NCBI GenBank assembly: GCA_003510435.1
Contig: DOMK01000016.1
Coordinates: 1-52,699, forward strand
Direction: 5' to 3'
DNA: 52,699 bases
Source of the DNA: Candidatus Magasanikiibacteriota bacterium
GTDB lineage: Bacteria > Patescibacteriota > Patescibacteriia > Magasanikbacterales > UBA922
Shown here piece by piece: positions 19,659 to 28,414 of this stretch; positions within the stretch are counted from its first letter, which is position 1; each line of letters starts with the position of its first letter. A program made the position numbers and the translations under genes. The notes beneath the pieces are model-generated. The model was not told where the DNA came from, did not search any database, and was given only the letters and a program-made list of their open reading frames with translations.

Positions 19659-21527
19659 TTAAAACATTCCTGGAATTCTTACTCCACTTCCTTGTCCGGA
19701 TGATTTATTGGTTGTAACTGTACTATTAACACTAGCATTTATTGTCTGAATTATTATTTCTTCACCTTCATTTAAACCACTAACAATTTCTGTCATAGTA
19801 TCATTACTGCTTCCCACTTGAATATCTTTTTTTTCTGGTGCATTATTAACCAAAATTTCAACATAACTTGCTCCGGCTTGAGTTTTGACTGCACTAGTTG
19901 GAGCCATCAAGACATCTGGTTTACTATCAATAATTATACTAGCACTTACACTCATACCTGGTTTTATTCTGTCGTCTTGAACATCAAAAGCAATTTTTAC
20001 ACTATAACTAACTACCCCCTGACTAACTGTACCCAAAGTATCTACCTCGGCTACCTCACCAGTAATAATCAGGTCTTCCACTGCATCAAAAGTCAAATTA
20101 ACTTTTTGCCCAACTTTTACTTTAGCAATATCAATTTCATTGAGGGTAATAGTAGCAATTTTTTGTTTGGTAATAAGAGAACAAACCGTCGTATTGGCAC
20201 TAATTTCATCACCTCGACTAATAGCTGTACTTACTATTACCCCCGCAAATGGCGCGCGTATACTTCTGTCGGCCAAACTTTGTTGAGCTGACAATAAATC
20301 ATTTTTCTTTTGTTCTACGGCCAAACGTTGATTTTCAATATCCAATTCAGTCGCCCCTATTTTTAAATCTACTAATTTTAATTCTTGTTCATTAATACTT
20401 CTTTCTGCTTGGACAATACTCAGCGGATTATTCAATTCCATTTGTTGTAGACTGCGAGTGGTATTCAAAATACTTTCTTTATCATCTTGAATTGTCCTTT
20501 GTGCGCTTAACAAACTGGACAAATGACTATTAACTTTTGCAGTATAGGAATTAAGATTTGATTGAAAAGTTGTCACCCCACTCCACACAGATAATTCCTG
20601 AGTCGTACGATAATCAACCCAAAAATCCAACAAATTAGATTCGTCTTTTACCACATCAGCTGTTTTTCTCACTGTTTCAATAGTTTGAGATAATAAATTT
20701 TCTATTAAATCTTTTCCCGAATAACGATTAGAATTTTTATAAATAGTAAAATTGTCATCAAAAGATTTTTTTGTCGTTGTGTAAGAATCCTTGTTATTAT
20801 TCAACATGCTTTCAAACCGGTCTCTCTCACTCGAATTATCCAAAAGAAAACTATTCAACAAATCATAACCATTTGAATCGTCAGAATTTAAAGACGGTTC
20901 ACTATTACTTAGGCTATTATCATACAAAATATTATATACACCACTAAAAACATCTGGTAAATCTAAAAAGGCATTGGTAATAGTATTATAAGCATCTTCG
21001 TAAGCTTTATTTAGATTATCTTCAGCTTTTTTCTTGCTTTCTAGTGTCTGGTCATGACTAATCTGTTGGTCTAATTTTTTGCTAGCTAAATCTTCCTTAG
21101 CTTTTTTCAAACTATTTTCTGCTTGAACTATTGTAGTCTGCGAAGGTGGAGTGATTAACTCTTTTAAAGACAATTCAGCCAAATCAAGATTCGTCTTAGC
21201 CTGATTGACACTCAAAATTGCATCCCGACTATCTACCTGGGCTAATAAATCGCCTTCTCTAACTTCTTGACTATTTTTTATATTAAAAACTACCACTGTT
21301 CCAGCTGTTTTTGATTTTATATCCACCTGGTTATCCGCGGCTACTTGTCCCGTACCACTAATAGAATTTATTAAAGTACCCTTTTCCACTTTGGCTGTTT
21401 TGTAACTAACGGTATTTGCCGTTGTAAAAAATTTTTGCCAACCCCAATAGCCACCACCAACCAAAATCACAATAGCAATCGCCAAATAAAATTTGTGCTT
21501 TAATAACCTTTGTAATATTTTTAACAT
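19659..21527 (-). CDS. Membrane-fusion/periplasmic adaptor protein with very long helical hairpin (start likely ATG 21527)
   Basis: N-terminal TM, IRAPFAG, KVKVGQKV, IKPGMS. Confidence 0.9.
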   Translation of the reverse strand: MLKILQRLLKHKFYLAIAIVILVGGGYWGWQKFFTTANTVSYKTAKVEKGTLINSISGTGQVAADNQVDIKSKTAGTVVVFNIKNSQEVREGDLLAQVDSRDAILSVNQAKTNLDLAELSLKELITPPSQTTIVQAENSLKKAKEDLASKKLDQQISHDQTLESKKKAEDNLNKAYEDAYNTITNAFLDLPDVFSGVYNILYDNSLSNSEPSLNSDDSNGYDLLNSFLLDNSSERDRFESMLNNNKDSYTTTKKSFDDNFTIYKNSNRYSGKDLIENLLSQTIETVRKTADVVKDESNLLDFWVDYRTTQELSVWSGVTTFQSNLNSYTAKVNSHLSSLLSAQRTIQDDKESILNTTRSLQQMELNNPLSIVQAERSINEQELKLVDLKIGATELDIENQRLAVEQKKNDLLSAQQSLADRSIRAPFAGVIVSTAISRGDEISANTTVCSLITKQKIATITLNEIDIAKVKVGQKVNLTFDAVEDLIITGEVAEVDTLGTVSQGVVSYSVKIAFDVQDDRIKPGMSVSASIIIDSKPDVLMAPTSAVKTQAGASYVEILVNNAPEKKDIQVGSSNDTMTEIVSGLNEGEEIIIQTINASVNSTVTTNKSSGQGSGVRIPGMF

Positions 21528-21570
21528 AAAACAATTAAACAAGCTAATAAATAAAGTCCTACTTAAATAG

Positions 21571-21600
21571 TACGAAAAACAAGTCTATTTTCTTTCAAAA
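21571..21600 (-). promoter_or_regulatory. Putative ECF (SigW-like) promoter of the efflux/sigma operon
   Basis: TTTTGAAAG-17 bp-CGTA. Confidence 0.55.
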
Positions 21601-21638
21601 TTGACAATTTTGTCAATAAACCATAGAATATCTAGACT

Positions 21639-22115
21639 ATGATCAATATAACCATATTAACACTTGGCAGTTTAAAAGAAAAGTACTGGCAAGAAGCTGA
21701 AGCTGAATATATCAAGCGTCTTTCGCCATACGCCAAAATTGAAATTAGAGAATTGAAAGAAGAAAGTTTTGCTGAAAAAACTAATCCAGAAATAATAAAG
21801 AAAAAAGAAGCAGAAAAACTTATTAAAATTTTAGAAAAAAAAGAGGGTTACGTTATCGCCCTAGATAGTACTGGCAAACAATTCACTTCACTCCAACTCG
21901 CCAGCCATTTCGACAATGTGACAATGAAACAATTTAACAATTTAATTTTTGTCATTGGTGGTCCTCTCGGCCTAGATGATTCTATTCTTGAACTGGCTGA
22001 TTTCAAACTTTCTCTATCAAATTTAACTTTCACTCACCAAATGGTGCGGACAATTTTGCTAGAACAGATTTACCGCAGTATGATGATTTTGAATAATCGA
22101 AGCTACCATTACTAA
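21639..22115 (+). CDS. rlmH: 23S rRNA pseudouridine1915 N3-methyltransferase
   Basis: FVIGGPLG, LSNLTFTHQMVR..LLEQIYR, terminal YH; promoter TTGACA-17-TAGAAT at 21601-21629. Confidence 0.95.
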   Translation: MINITILTLGSLKEKYWQEAEAEYIKRLSPYAKIEIRELKEESFAEKTNPEIIKKKEAEKLIKILEKKEGYVIALDSTGKQFTSLQLASHFDNVTMKQFNNLIFVIGGPLGLDDSILELADFKLSLSNLTFTHQMVRTILLEQIYRSMMILNNRSYHY

Positions 22116-22116
22116 A

Positions 22117-22248
22117 TGTCATCCTGAGCCCCGATGAATATCGGGGCGAAGGATCCCTTGCTAAAAACATTAAACTTTGTATTATTTTATCCAGTTGTTT
22201 AACCAATTGAAAAGAGATCCTTCACTCATTTCATTCGTTCAGGATGAC
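22117..22248. repeat. Paired-REP/MITE-like element with terminal inverted repeats
   Basis: GTCATCCTGA...GAAGGATC and GATCCTTC...TCAGGATGAC; related element at 35037-35186. Confidence 0.75.
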
Positions 22249-22494
22249 GACTGAACCCCCATCCTCCACCACATCCTCCACCATAGGATGTTTTTTTAAA
22301 TAATCCAAAACTTCTTGCCTTAATTTGCCCGTACCGCCACCATAAATCACTCTACACATTTGTTTGTCTTTATTAGCAAATAAAAAAAGCTCTAGTTTTT
22401 CCAAAGCTTCACTAGGATAAAGCCCGTGCAAATCTAATTCTGGCATTTTTGCCCCAAGACTGGCAGCAAATATTTTGGCTTGTTTGTTGTGCAT
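22231..22494 (-). CDS. Stand-alone Smr/MutS2 domain protein
   Basis: LDLHG..EA, VIYGGGTGKLR. Confidence 0.85.
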   Translation of the reverse strand: MHNKQAKIFAASLGAKMPELDLHGLYPSEALEKLELFLFANKDKQMCRVIYGGGTGKLRQEVLDYLKKHPMVEDVVEDGGSVVILNE

Positions 22495-22607
22495 ATTAAA
22501 ATCCTAATTTGCTTTTTTAAAAATTTATATCTATAATATATTATATTCACAACACACTTGTGAATGGAAGTTAATAACAATATTATATCACAACTTAGCT
22601 AAAATTT

Positions 22608-23147
22608 ATGTCAATTTTAAAATCAATCACGAAGAATCCAGACGAAAAATTTATCTTAAGATGTATTGAGTTGGCACAAAAGGGTCTATCCAATGGAGAA
22701 GCTCCTTTTGCGAGCCTTATCACAAAGAATGACAACATTATAGTCGAATCAATAAATGGATCGAAAAGCAAAGTTTCCGATCACGCTGAAATTCTTGTTC
22801 TTGATGAGGCTCACAAGGTATTAGGGTCTCCAAATTTATCCTCTTGCACGTTATATACGATTTGTGAGCCATGTCCTATGTGTTCATTTATGATTCGAGA
22901 GTATAGGATAAGTAGAGTGATTTTTTCACTATTTTCACCATTTATGGGTGGGTATTCAAAGTGGAATATTTTGCAAGATCAAGAAATAGTCCAATTTAAA
23001 GATTACTTTGCCGAACCTCCAGAGGTAATAGCAGGGATTTTAGAAAATAAAGCCAAAAAAATATTTGACCAGACGCCACTGTGGATGTTTGGTAGTAACT
23101 CAAAGAGCGGGAAAGGTAATGTTAAAATTAACAGAAAAATTGCCTAA
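22608..23147 (+). CDS. Nucleoside deaminase (TadA-like family), gene cassette 1
   Basis: PF, HAE and EPCPMC motifs; stop codon lies in the GCCTAAC box of the following site. Confidence 0.9.
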   Translation: MSILKSITKNPDEKFILRCIELAQKGLSNGEAPFASLITKNDNIIVESINGSKSKVSDHAEILVLDEAHKVLGSPNLSSCTLYTICEPCPMCSFMIREYRISRVIFSLFSPFMGGYSKWNILQDQEIVQFKDYFAEPPEVIAGILENKAKKIFDQTPLWMFGSNSKSGKGNVKINRKIA

Positions 23148-23335
23148 CACGGTATATCTGGCTACACAAAAAGGACTCAAATATTTTTTAAAAGAATATC
23201 TTTTTTGTTCCACCCATATTTTCGCCTTTGTTCGGCAGTAAATCAACAGTCTTTCGAAATGAAAAAGACTCTGCTAATATTCAAGTATTAATTAACAAAT
23301 TCGGCGAAAACATCAGATATGCCGAAACGTTGTGA
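23142..23335 (+). mobile_element. attC-like integron recombination site 1
   Basis: GCCTAAC-A-CGGTATATCTG ... CAGATATGCCG-AAAC-GTTGTGA with inner TTTTCGCC/GGCGAAAA pairing. Confidence 0.7.
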
Positions 23336-23364
23336 AATCGCTGATTGCCTAACTTAATAAACAT

Positions 23365-24099
23365 ATGAGAAAAGATCAAATAAACGCATTGATACAACAT
23401 GCTAAAAATGATTTTAAAAACATTGAAGTACAATATCTAAAATCATTAGAAGAACAAACGATATCCACCTCACTCCAAATCGATGTCAAAAACATGATGG
23501 AAAACCTAAAATCTGCACTGGATTATTTAGCACATGATATTTATGAAATTGTAATAATGCCCGCACGAAAAGCAACGGGAGATAAAGAAATTGAAAATAT
23601 CTATTTTCCCTATGGCAAAACTGAAAACGATTTTAAATCGGGAGTTGGAAAATCTCTTCCGAAATTAGATTCACTACAGCCAACTCTTTATAATACCATT
23701 GAAAATATACAGCCTCACAAATCTGGAAACGACTGGCTTTATTCTTTTTGCCAAATCCTAAACGAAAAAAAACACAACACATTAACTCCTCAAAAACGAG
23801 AAGAAAAAAGAGGTTTAAACATAAAATTCCCCGGAGGTGCTGGCATTAGTATGGGGCCAGGATCATCAATATCAGGTGGTGGTATTATACAAAGTGGTTC
23901 TGACAGAATTATCCTTAATAACAATTATATTTCAGGCGATTCACCAGCGAGAAATGTTACTGAAGGCGTAATACAAACAATCATTCGGTGGGTATCTTTT
24001 AAATTTGCAGATACTGACGTAGAAGTACTTCCACTCTTAAAGAAAGGATTATTAACAACTGAACAACTTTCAGAAAGTGTTTATTCTCAATTAAGTTAG
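23365..24099 (+). CDS. Hypothetical protein, gene cassette 2
   Basis: 244 aa ORF between two attC-like sites; LKSALDY..YFP..QP..WL..NEKKH pattern. Confidence 0.85.
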   Translation: MRKDQINALIQHAKNDFKNIEVQYLKSLEEQTISTSLQIDVKNMMENLKSALDYLAHDIYEIVIMPARKATGDKEIENIYFPYGKTENDFKSGVGKSLPKLDSLQPTLYNTIENIQPHKSGNDWLYSFCQILNEKKHNTLTPQKREEKRGLNIKFPGGAGISMGPGSSISGGGIIQSGSDRIILNNNYISGDSPARNVTEGVIQTIIRWVSFKFADTDVEVLPLLKKGLLTTEQLSESVYSQLS

Positions 24100-24117
24100 A
24101 AGACAATCAACGACATC

Positions 24118-24202
24118 ACTTAACAACGTATATCTGACTATACTACGTTTCGCCCATATTATTCCTTTCAGTCGCAACATCAAATATATGCAAACGCTAT
24201 GA
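24118..24202 (+). mobile_element. attC-like site 2 (core site degenerate, GCT)
   Basis: ACTTAAC-AACGTATATCTGA ... AACATCAAATATATGC-AAAC-GCTATGA; both ends homologous to site 1. Confidence 0.65.
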
Positions 24203-24222
24203 CGGAATCACTCCGCTTTTAA

Positions 24223-24266
24223 AAAAATACTCTAAACCATAGAGTATTTTTTATGTGCCGACGGAG
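24223..24266. repeat. Direct repeat of tRNA-Leu 3' end plus terminator (att-like; other copy 24807-24849)
   Basis: AAAATACTCTAAACCATAGAGTATTTTTT(A/T)TGTGCCGACGGAG occurs twice. Confidence 0.9.
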
Positions 24267-24330
24267 TTCTCCCAAATTTGACTTATTTTTTTAGATTAGA
24301 TATAATGCATTTGCAAATTAAATTAAATAT

Positions 24331-24549
24331 ATGCACAAAATAGACCTAAAATCAGTAGTCTGGAAAGAAGGCAAATATTACATTTCTCAATGCTTGGAAG
24401 TGGATGTTTCTAGTTATGGCAAAACCAAGAAAGAAGCCCTTGTTATGTTACAAGATGCTTTATTATTATATTTTGAGGATGTTCCTCTTCCTAAAAAAAC
24501 TGAAGTAACCAGACCAGCTATTGCTTCGGTCACTCTTCAATATGCCTAA
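24331..24549 (+). CDS. hicB: HicB-like antitoxin (short)
   Basis: VSSYGKTKKEAL..LQDAL; promoter TTGACT-17-TATAAT at 24278-24306. Confidence 0.85.
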   Translation: MHKIDLKSVVWKEGKYYISQCLEVDVSSYGKTKKEALVMLQDALLLYFEDVPLPKKTEVTRPAIASVTLQYA

Positions 24550-24760
24550 ACCCTATCCGCTACGGCTGGTAGTAAAAGTCCTTGAAAGTAAGGGCTTCTT
24601 TTTTGTTTCGCAGACCGGCTCGCATGCTAAGTATAGAAAAGTAGGAAATCCCACGCTCACGGTTATTGTTCCTATTCATGGTAAAGAAGTCCAACATGGC
24701 ACTTTTAGGTCTATTTTGCGCCAAGCTAATTTGACGGAAGACGATTTTGAAAAAAAATAA
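24542..24760 (+). CDS. hicA: HicA mRNA interferase toxin (start ATG 24542)
   Basis: LESKGF..QTGSH..VPIH..GTFRSILRQA; overlaps hicB stop. Confidence 0.9.
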   Translation: MPKPYPLRLVVKVLESKGFFFVSQTGSHAKYRKVGNPTLTVIVPIHGKEVQHGTFRSILRQANLTEDDFEKK

Positions 24761-24838
24761 ATCAAACTTCGTATACACAGATACATTGTACAAAATCACT
24801 TAATATAAAAATACTCTAAACCATAGAGTATTTTTTTG

Positions 24839-24920
24839 TGCCGACGGAGAGACTCGAACTCTCAATCCTTGCGGAACCTGCTCCTAAGGCAGGCGTGTCT
24901 ACCAATTTCACCACGTCGGC
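24839..24920 (-). tRNA. tRNA-Leu(TAG)
   Basis: GCCGACG acceptor, CCTGC-CTTAGGA-GCAGG anticodon arm, variable arm, GTTCGAGTC; no encoded CCA. Confidence 0.97.
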
Positions 24921-24943
24921 GTATTCAATTGTTATTTAAGATA

Positions 24944-25035
24944 CAGGCGTGTCTACCCGCCCGCCATCGCAAGCATGAGCTTGCTCAGGCGTTGCGGACG
25001 GGCCAATTCCGCCCTGCCTGCGCAGGCAGGCACGC
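24944..25035 (-). pseudogene. tRNA-Leu 5'-half remnant split by two REP insertions
   Basis: Removing 24956-25002 and 25013-25030 restores GCGTGGCGGAATTGGTAGACACGCCTG. Confidence 0.75.
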
Positions 25036-25244
25036 AAACATTATTAAATTGGACATATTAAACCACAAAAAAATCCAGTTGTCAATGCAATTCATGATAC
25101 ATGATACAGATATCATAAGACAAACAATTACTAAAATTCACTGTATCATGCTATTTGCCCCATGAACCATGAAAAAAAGACGCCAGCGAACTGAGCGTCT
25201 TTTTAAATTTCTTATGTCCTAAGTCTTAAGTCTTTACGTCCGGT

Positions 25245-27506
25245 CTATTTATCCCGACGGAAAAAACCTTTCTTAGCTGGAGCACCACCGGCTTGTCCTG
25301 AGCCTGCCGAAGGACCAAAATTTCCGCGATCCATTGGTGGTCTATCAGTCATACCTTCTGGTCTTGGCAATAAACCTTTGATAGTTAGATTTACTCTACC
25401 AAGATTATCAATTTCTTTTACTTTTACTTTGGCAGTATCACCAATTTTCAAAACATCACTTGGTCGGCCCACTCTATTCCAAGAAATTTCTGAGACATGA
25501 ACCAAACCATCTTTGCCTGGCAAAATATTTACAAATGCGCCAAAGTCTTCTAAGCGAACAACTTTACCTTCATAAATTTCACCTGGTTCAATTTCTTTAG
25601 TTAGATCCAAGACCATCTTGATCGCTTTTTGCATACCTTCGGAATCAACTGAGGTGATAAGAACGCGACCGTCTTGTTCAATATCAATATCCACGCCAGT
25701 TTCTTCAATAATTTTCTTGATAGTCTTACCACCAGGTCCAATAACATCACCAATTTTTTCTGGATCAATCTTAATCGTTTCAATTCTTGGGGCATAAGGT
25801 GATAATTCTTTTCTTGGTTCAGCAATCACACTAGCCATCACACCCAAAATTTGCAAACGAGCTTCACGCGCTTGTTTCAAAGTTTGTTCTACTAGATCCC
25901 ATGGTAAACCATGAGTCTTGGTATCCATTTGGATAGCTGTGATACCATCAATCGTACCAGCAATTTTGAAATCCATTCCACCAGGACCATCTTCTACATC
26001 TTGCAAGTCAGTCAAAACTTTCCAATTTTTTACAGTCCCATTATTCTCAGCTGCATCTGAGGCCAAACCCATCGCAATACCTGCGACTGGTTTTTTTATT
26101 GGTACACCAGCAGCCATAAGGGACAAAGTGGAACCACAGGTGGAAGCCATAGAAGATGAACCATTAGAACTCATTACTTCTGAGACTACACGGATAGCAT
26201 AAGGAAAACTTTCTTCTTCTGGCAATACTGGGAACAAAGCCCGTTCGGCCAAAGCGCCATGACCAATGGCGCGTCTGCCTGGTCCACGCATCATACCGGT
26301 TTCACCATAAGAATATGGACCGTCATTATAATGATGCATATAACGTTTTTTACCTTCTTCTTCCATAGTGTCCAAAGTCTGCATATCACCAGGCGCACCC
26401 AGAGTGACAACTGACAAGACATGAGTATCACCACGCTTAAAAAAACCAGTACCATGAACGCGAGGTAATAAATCAATTTCCGCATGCAAATCACGAATTT
26501 CAGTTAATTTTCTACCATCCAAACGTTGGTCATTTTCTAAAATCTTTTTAGTCACCACTTCGGATAATAAGTACTTTACTTCTTTGAGACAAGGTTTTTG
26601 TTCATCAGGAGTAAATTCTTTCTCAGTCAAAATCTTGGCTAATTCTTTTTCCAAATTATTAAACAATTCTATTCTCTCAGCTTTAGTAATTTTTTTGGAA
26701 TTAAAAACCATTTCATCGGCCACAGTCTTTAAAAATTCTCGGCCAATTTTTTTGGTTTCAGCCACTCGTTTTTTTACATCACCGGCTTCGTCAAGAATCT
26801 TTTCTACGTCATCTTTTGTTTTACCAATTTCTTTTTGGATCTTAGCAATCAATTCCAAAACTGGTTTTAATTGTTCCGAACCCCATTGCATGGCTTTGAG
26901 CATAGTTTGCTCATTTACTTCATTTGCCCCCGCTTCTACCATAATCAGTTTTTCTGGTGTACCAGCGACGACCAAATCTAATTTGCTAGTATCAACTTTA
27001 TCAGCTGAAATATTCAAAACAAATTCATTATTTTCATCCAAACCAATTCTGGCGCCAGCAATTGGACCATCCCACGGCACATTGGAAATGCAGATCGCAC
27101 AACTAGCGGCCACGAGTGAAGTAATGGCCGCATCATTTTCGCCATCAATTGATAAAGCAGTCAAAACTACTTGGACATCATTTCTTAAACGTTCGTCAAA
27201 CAAAGGACGAATGGCGCGATCAACCATTCTACCAGTCAAAATTGCTTCGTCTGATGGACGGCCTTCACGTTTGATAAATCTAGAACCTTTTATTTTCCCG
27301 GCAGCATACAACTTTTCTTCAAAGTCTACCATGAGAGGAAAATAATCAATATTATCCCGTTCACCTTTTGATTTAATTACTGTAGCCAACATGACAGTAT
27401 CACCATATTGTACTGTACAAGAACCATGTGCTTGTGGCACAAATTTACCCACTTCAATGGTGAGCTTTCTTCCACCCCAATCGGTGGACCAATTTTTTAT
27501 TTCCAT
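25245..27506 (-). CDS. pnp: Polyribonucleotide nucleotidyltransferase (start ATG 27506)
   Basis: YFPL.VDFEEKLYAAGKI.G, RLDGR, SNGSSSMAS, KH (IGPGGK) and S1 domains. Confidence 0.97.
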   Translation of the reverse strand: MEIKNWSTDWGGRKLTIEVGKFVPQAHGSCTVQYGDTVMLATVIKSKGERDNIDYFPLMVDFEEKLYAAGKIKGSRFIKREGRPSDEAILTGRMVDRAIRPLFDERLRNDVQVVLTALSIDGENDAAITSLVAASCAICISNVPWDGPIAGARIGLDENNEFVLNISADKVDTSKLDLVVAGTPEKLIMVEAGANEVNEQTMLKAMQWGSEQLKPVLELIAKIQKEIGKTKDDVEKILDEAGDVKKRVAETKKIGREFLKTVADEMVFNSKKITKAERIELFNNLEKELAKILTEKEFTPDEQKPCLKEVKYLLSEVVTKKILENDQRLDGRKLTEIRDLHAEIDLLPRVHGTGFFKRGDTHVLSVVTLGAPGDMQTLDTMEEEGKKRYMHHYNDGPYSYGETGMMRGPGRRAIGHGALAERALFPVLPEEESFPYAIRVVSEVMSSNGSSSMASTCGSTLSLMAAGVPIKKPVAGIAMGLASDAAENNGTVKNWKVLTDLQDVEDGPGGMDFKIAGTIDGITAIQMDTKTHGLPWDLVEQTLKQAREARLQILGVMASVIAEPRKELSPYAPRIETIKIDPEKIGDVIGPGGKTIKKIIEETGVDIDIEQDGRVLITSVDSEGMQKAIKMVLDLTKEIEPGEIYEGKVVRLEDFGAFVNILPGKDGLVHVSEISWNRVGRPSDVLKIGDTAKVKVKEIDNLGRVNLTIKGLLPRPEGMTDRPPMDRGNFGPSAGSGQAGGAPAKKGFFRRDK

Positions 27507-27519
27507 ATATTTTTTTGTA

Positions 27520-27602
27520 GAAGCTGATCTAGAAGAGGTAGATCCCGACCCCATTTATTTAATGGATTGGGTTTGAATCTAATTTCCTCGAGACCAGTCT
27601 TC
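27520..27602 (-). promoter_or_regulatory. Long stem-loop in the pnp leader (probable RNase III site)
   Basis: GAAGACTGGTCT..TAGATTC..ACCC pairs with GGGTC..GGATCTA..AGATCAGCTTC. Confidence 0.6.
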
Positions 27603-27617
27603 ATTAATTAATAATTT

Positions 27618-28400
27618 TTATTTATTTTTATCAACTTTTTCAAAAACTAACAATCTGTCTGCTCCTTTACCAACAAATTTTACTCGTAAACCTATATCCT
27701 CCAAATCCTGCAGACCACGAGGGGTAGATAAACCTACTTCACTTAAAGCAACAGCAGTTGATTTTTCAGATTTTACTTGGTTAAGATACATTCCTTTCTG
27801 AGTGGCATCAACAATTATTTTCCCTTTTTCTTTTAAAGTTCTGGCATAATTTTTTAAAATCTCAAGAACAATTTTTTGTAATTCTAAAAAAGTTTTATCT
27901 CTACGTAAACCTCCTCCTTTATCATGTACACTATACCAAAGTGCTCCCAATCTATCAAAAAGTACGTCCACACTTCCTTCTGCCAATGGTAATTGTCTGG
28001 CATCGGCACTAATTCTAGAAAATTCTACATTTTTTAAATTTGGTATTTTTTCAGGTTGAATGCCAGAGACAAAACGATCATAACTTCCATCTTCTTTTTC
28101 TCCTTCTTTTTTCCCCAAAAAATCTATAGCAATAACTTTTGGAGAATGAACAAATTCTTGTCCTTTTATTTGTCTGTCTAATAAAACTGCCAAATGCACC
28201 TCTAATTCTGCCCTATTAGCACTTACATCAACTAAGGTAAAGCCCTCAAGTTCTTCATCCTCAGGGATAATTCCTTCTTGTTTAAATAACTCAAATAATT
28301 TTAAAGCATACTCAGGACTTTTTCCCATTTGTGTTTCATACCAACCAGCACCATTACCATCACCATAAAACTTCTGAGTAAGTCTTGACATTTCGTCCAT
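27618..28400 (-). CDS. Divergent class I SAM-dependent methyltransferase-like protein
   Basis: ADARQLPLAEGSVDVLF and RTLKEKGKII; motif I degenerate; start uncertain. Confidence 0.6.
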   Translation of the reverse strand: MDEMSRLTQKFYGDGNGAGWYETQMGKSPEYALKLFELFKQEGIIPEDEELEGFTLVDVSANRAELEVHLAVLLDRQIKGQEFVHSPKVIAIDFLGKKEGEKEDGSYDRFVSGIQPEKIPNLKNVEFSRISADARQLPLAEGSVDVLFDRLGALWYSVHDKGGGLRRDKTFLELQKIVLEILKNYARTLKEKGKIIVDATQKGMYLNQVKSEKSTAVALSEVGLSTPRGLQDLEDIGLRVKFVGKGADRLLVFEKVDKNK

Positions 28401-28414
28401 ATACTTCAATTTGT

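Noticed and set aside
24836-25165. 109-aa ORF
   Set aside because: Antisense to tRNA-Leu and made of repeats
26584-27345. Long antisense ORFs (also 36469-37158, 11077-11517, 916-1209, 1091-1450)
   Set aside because: Shadow or alternative frames of well-supported genes
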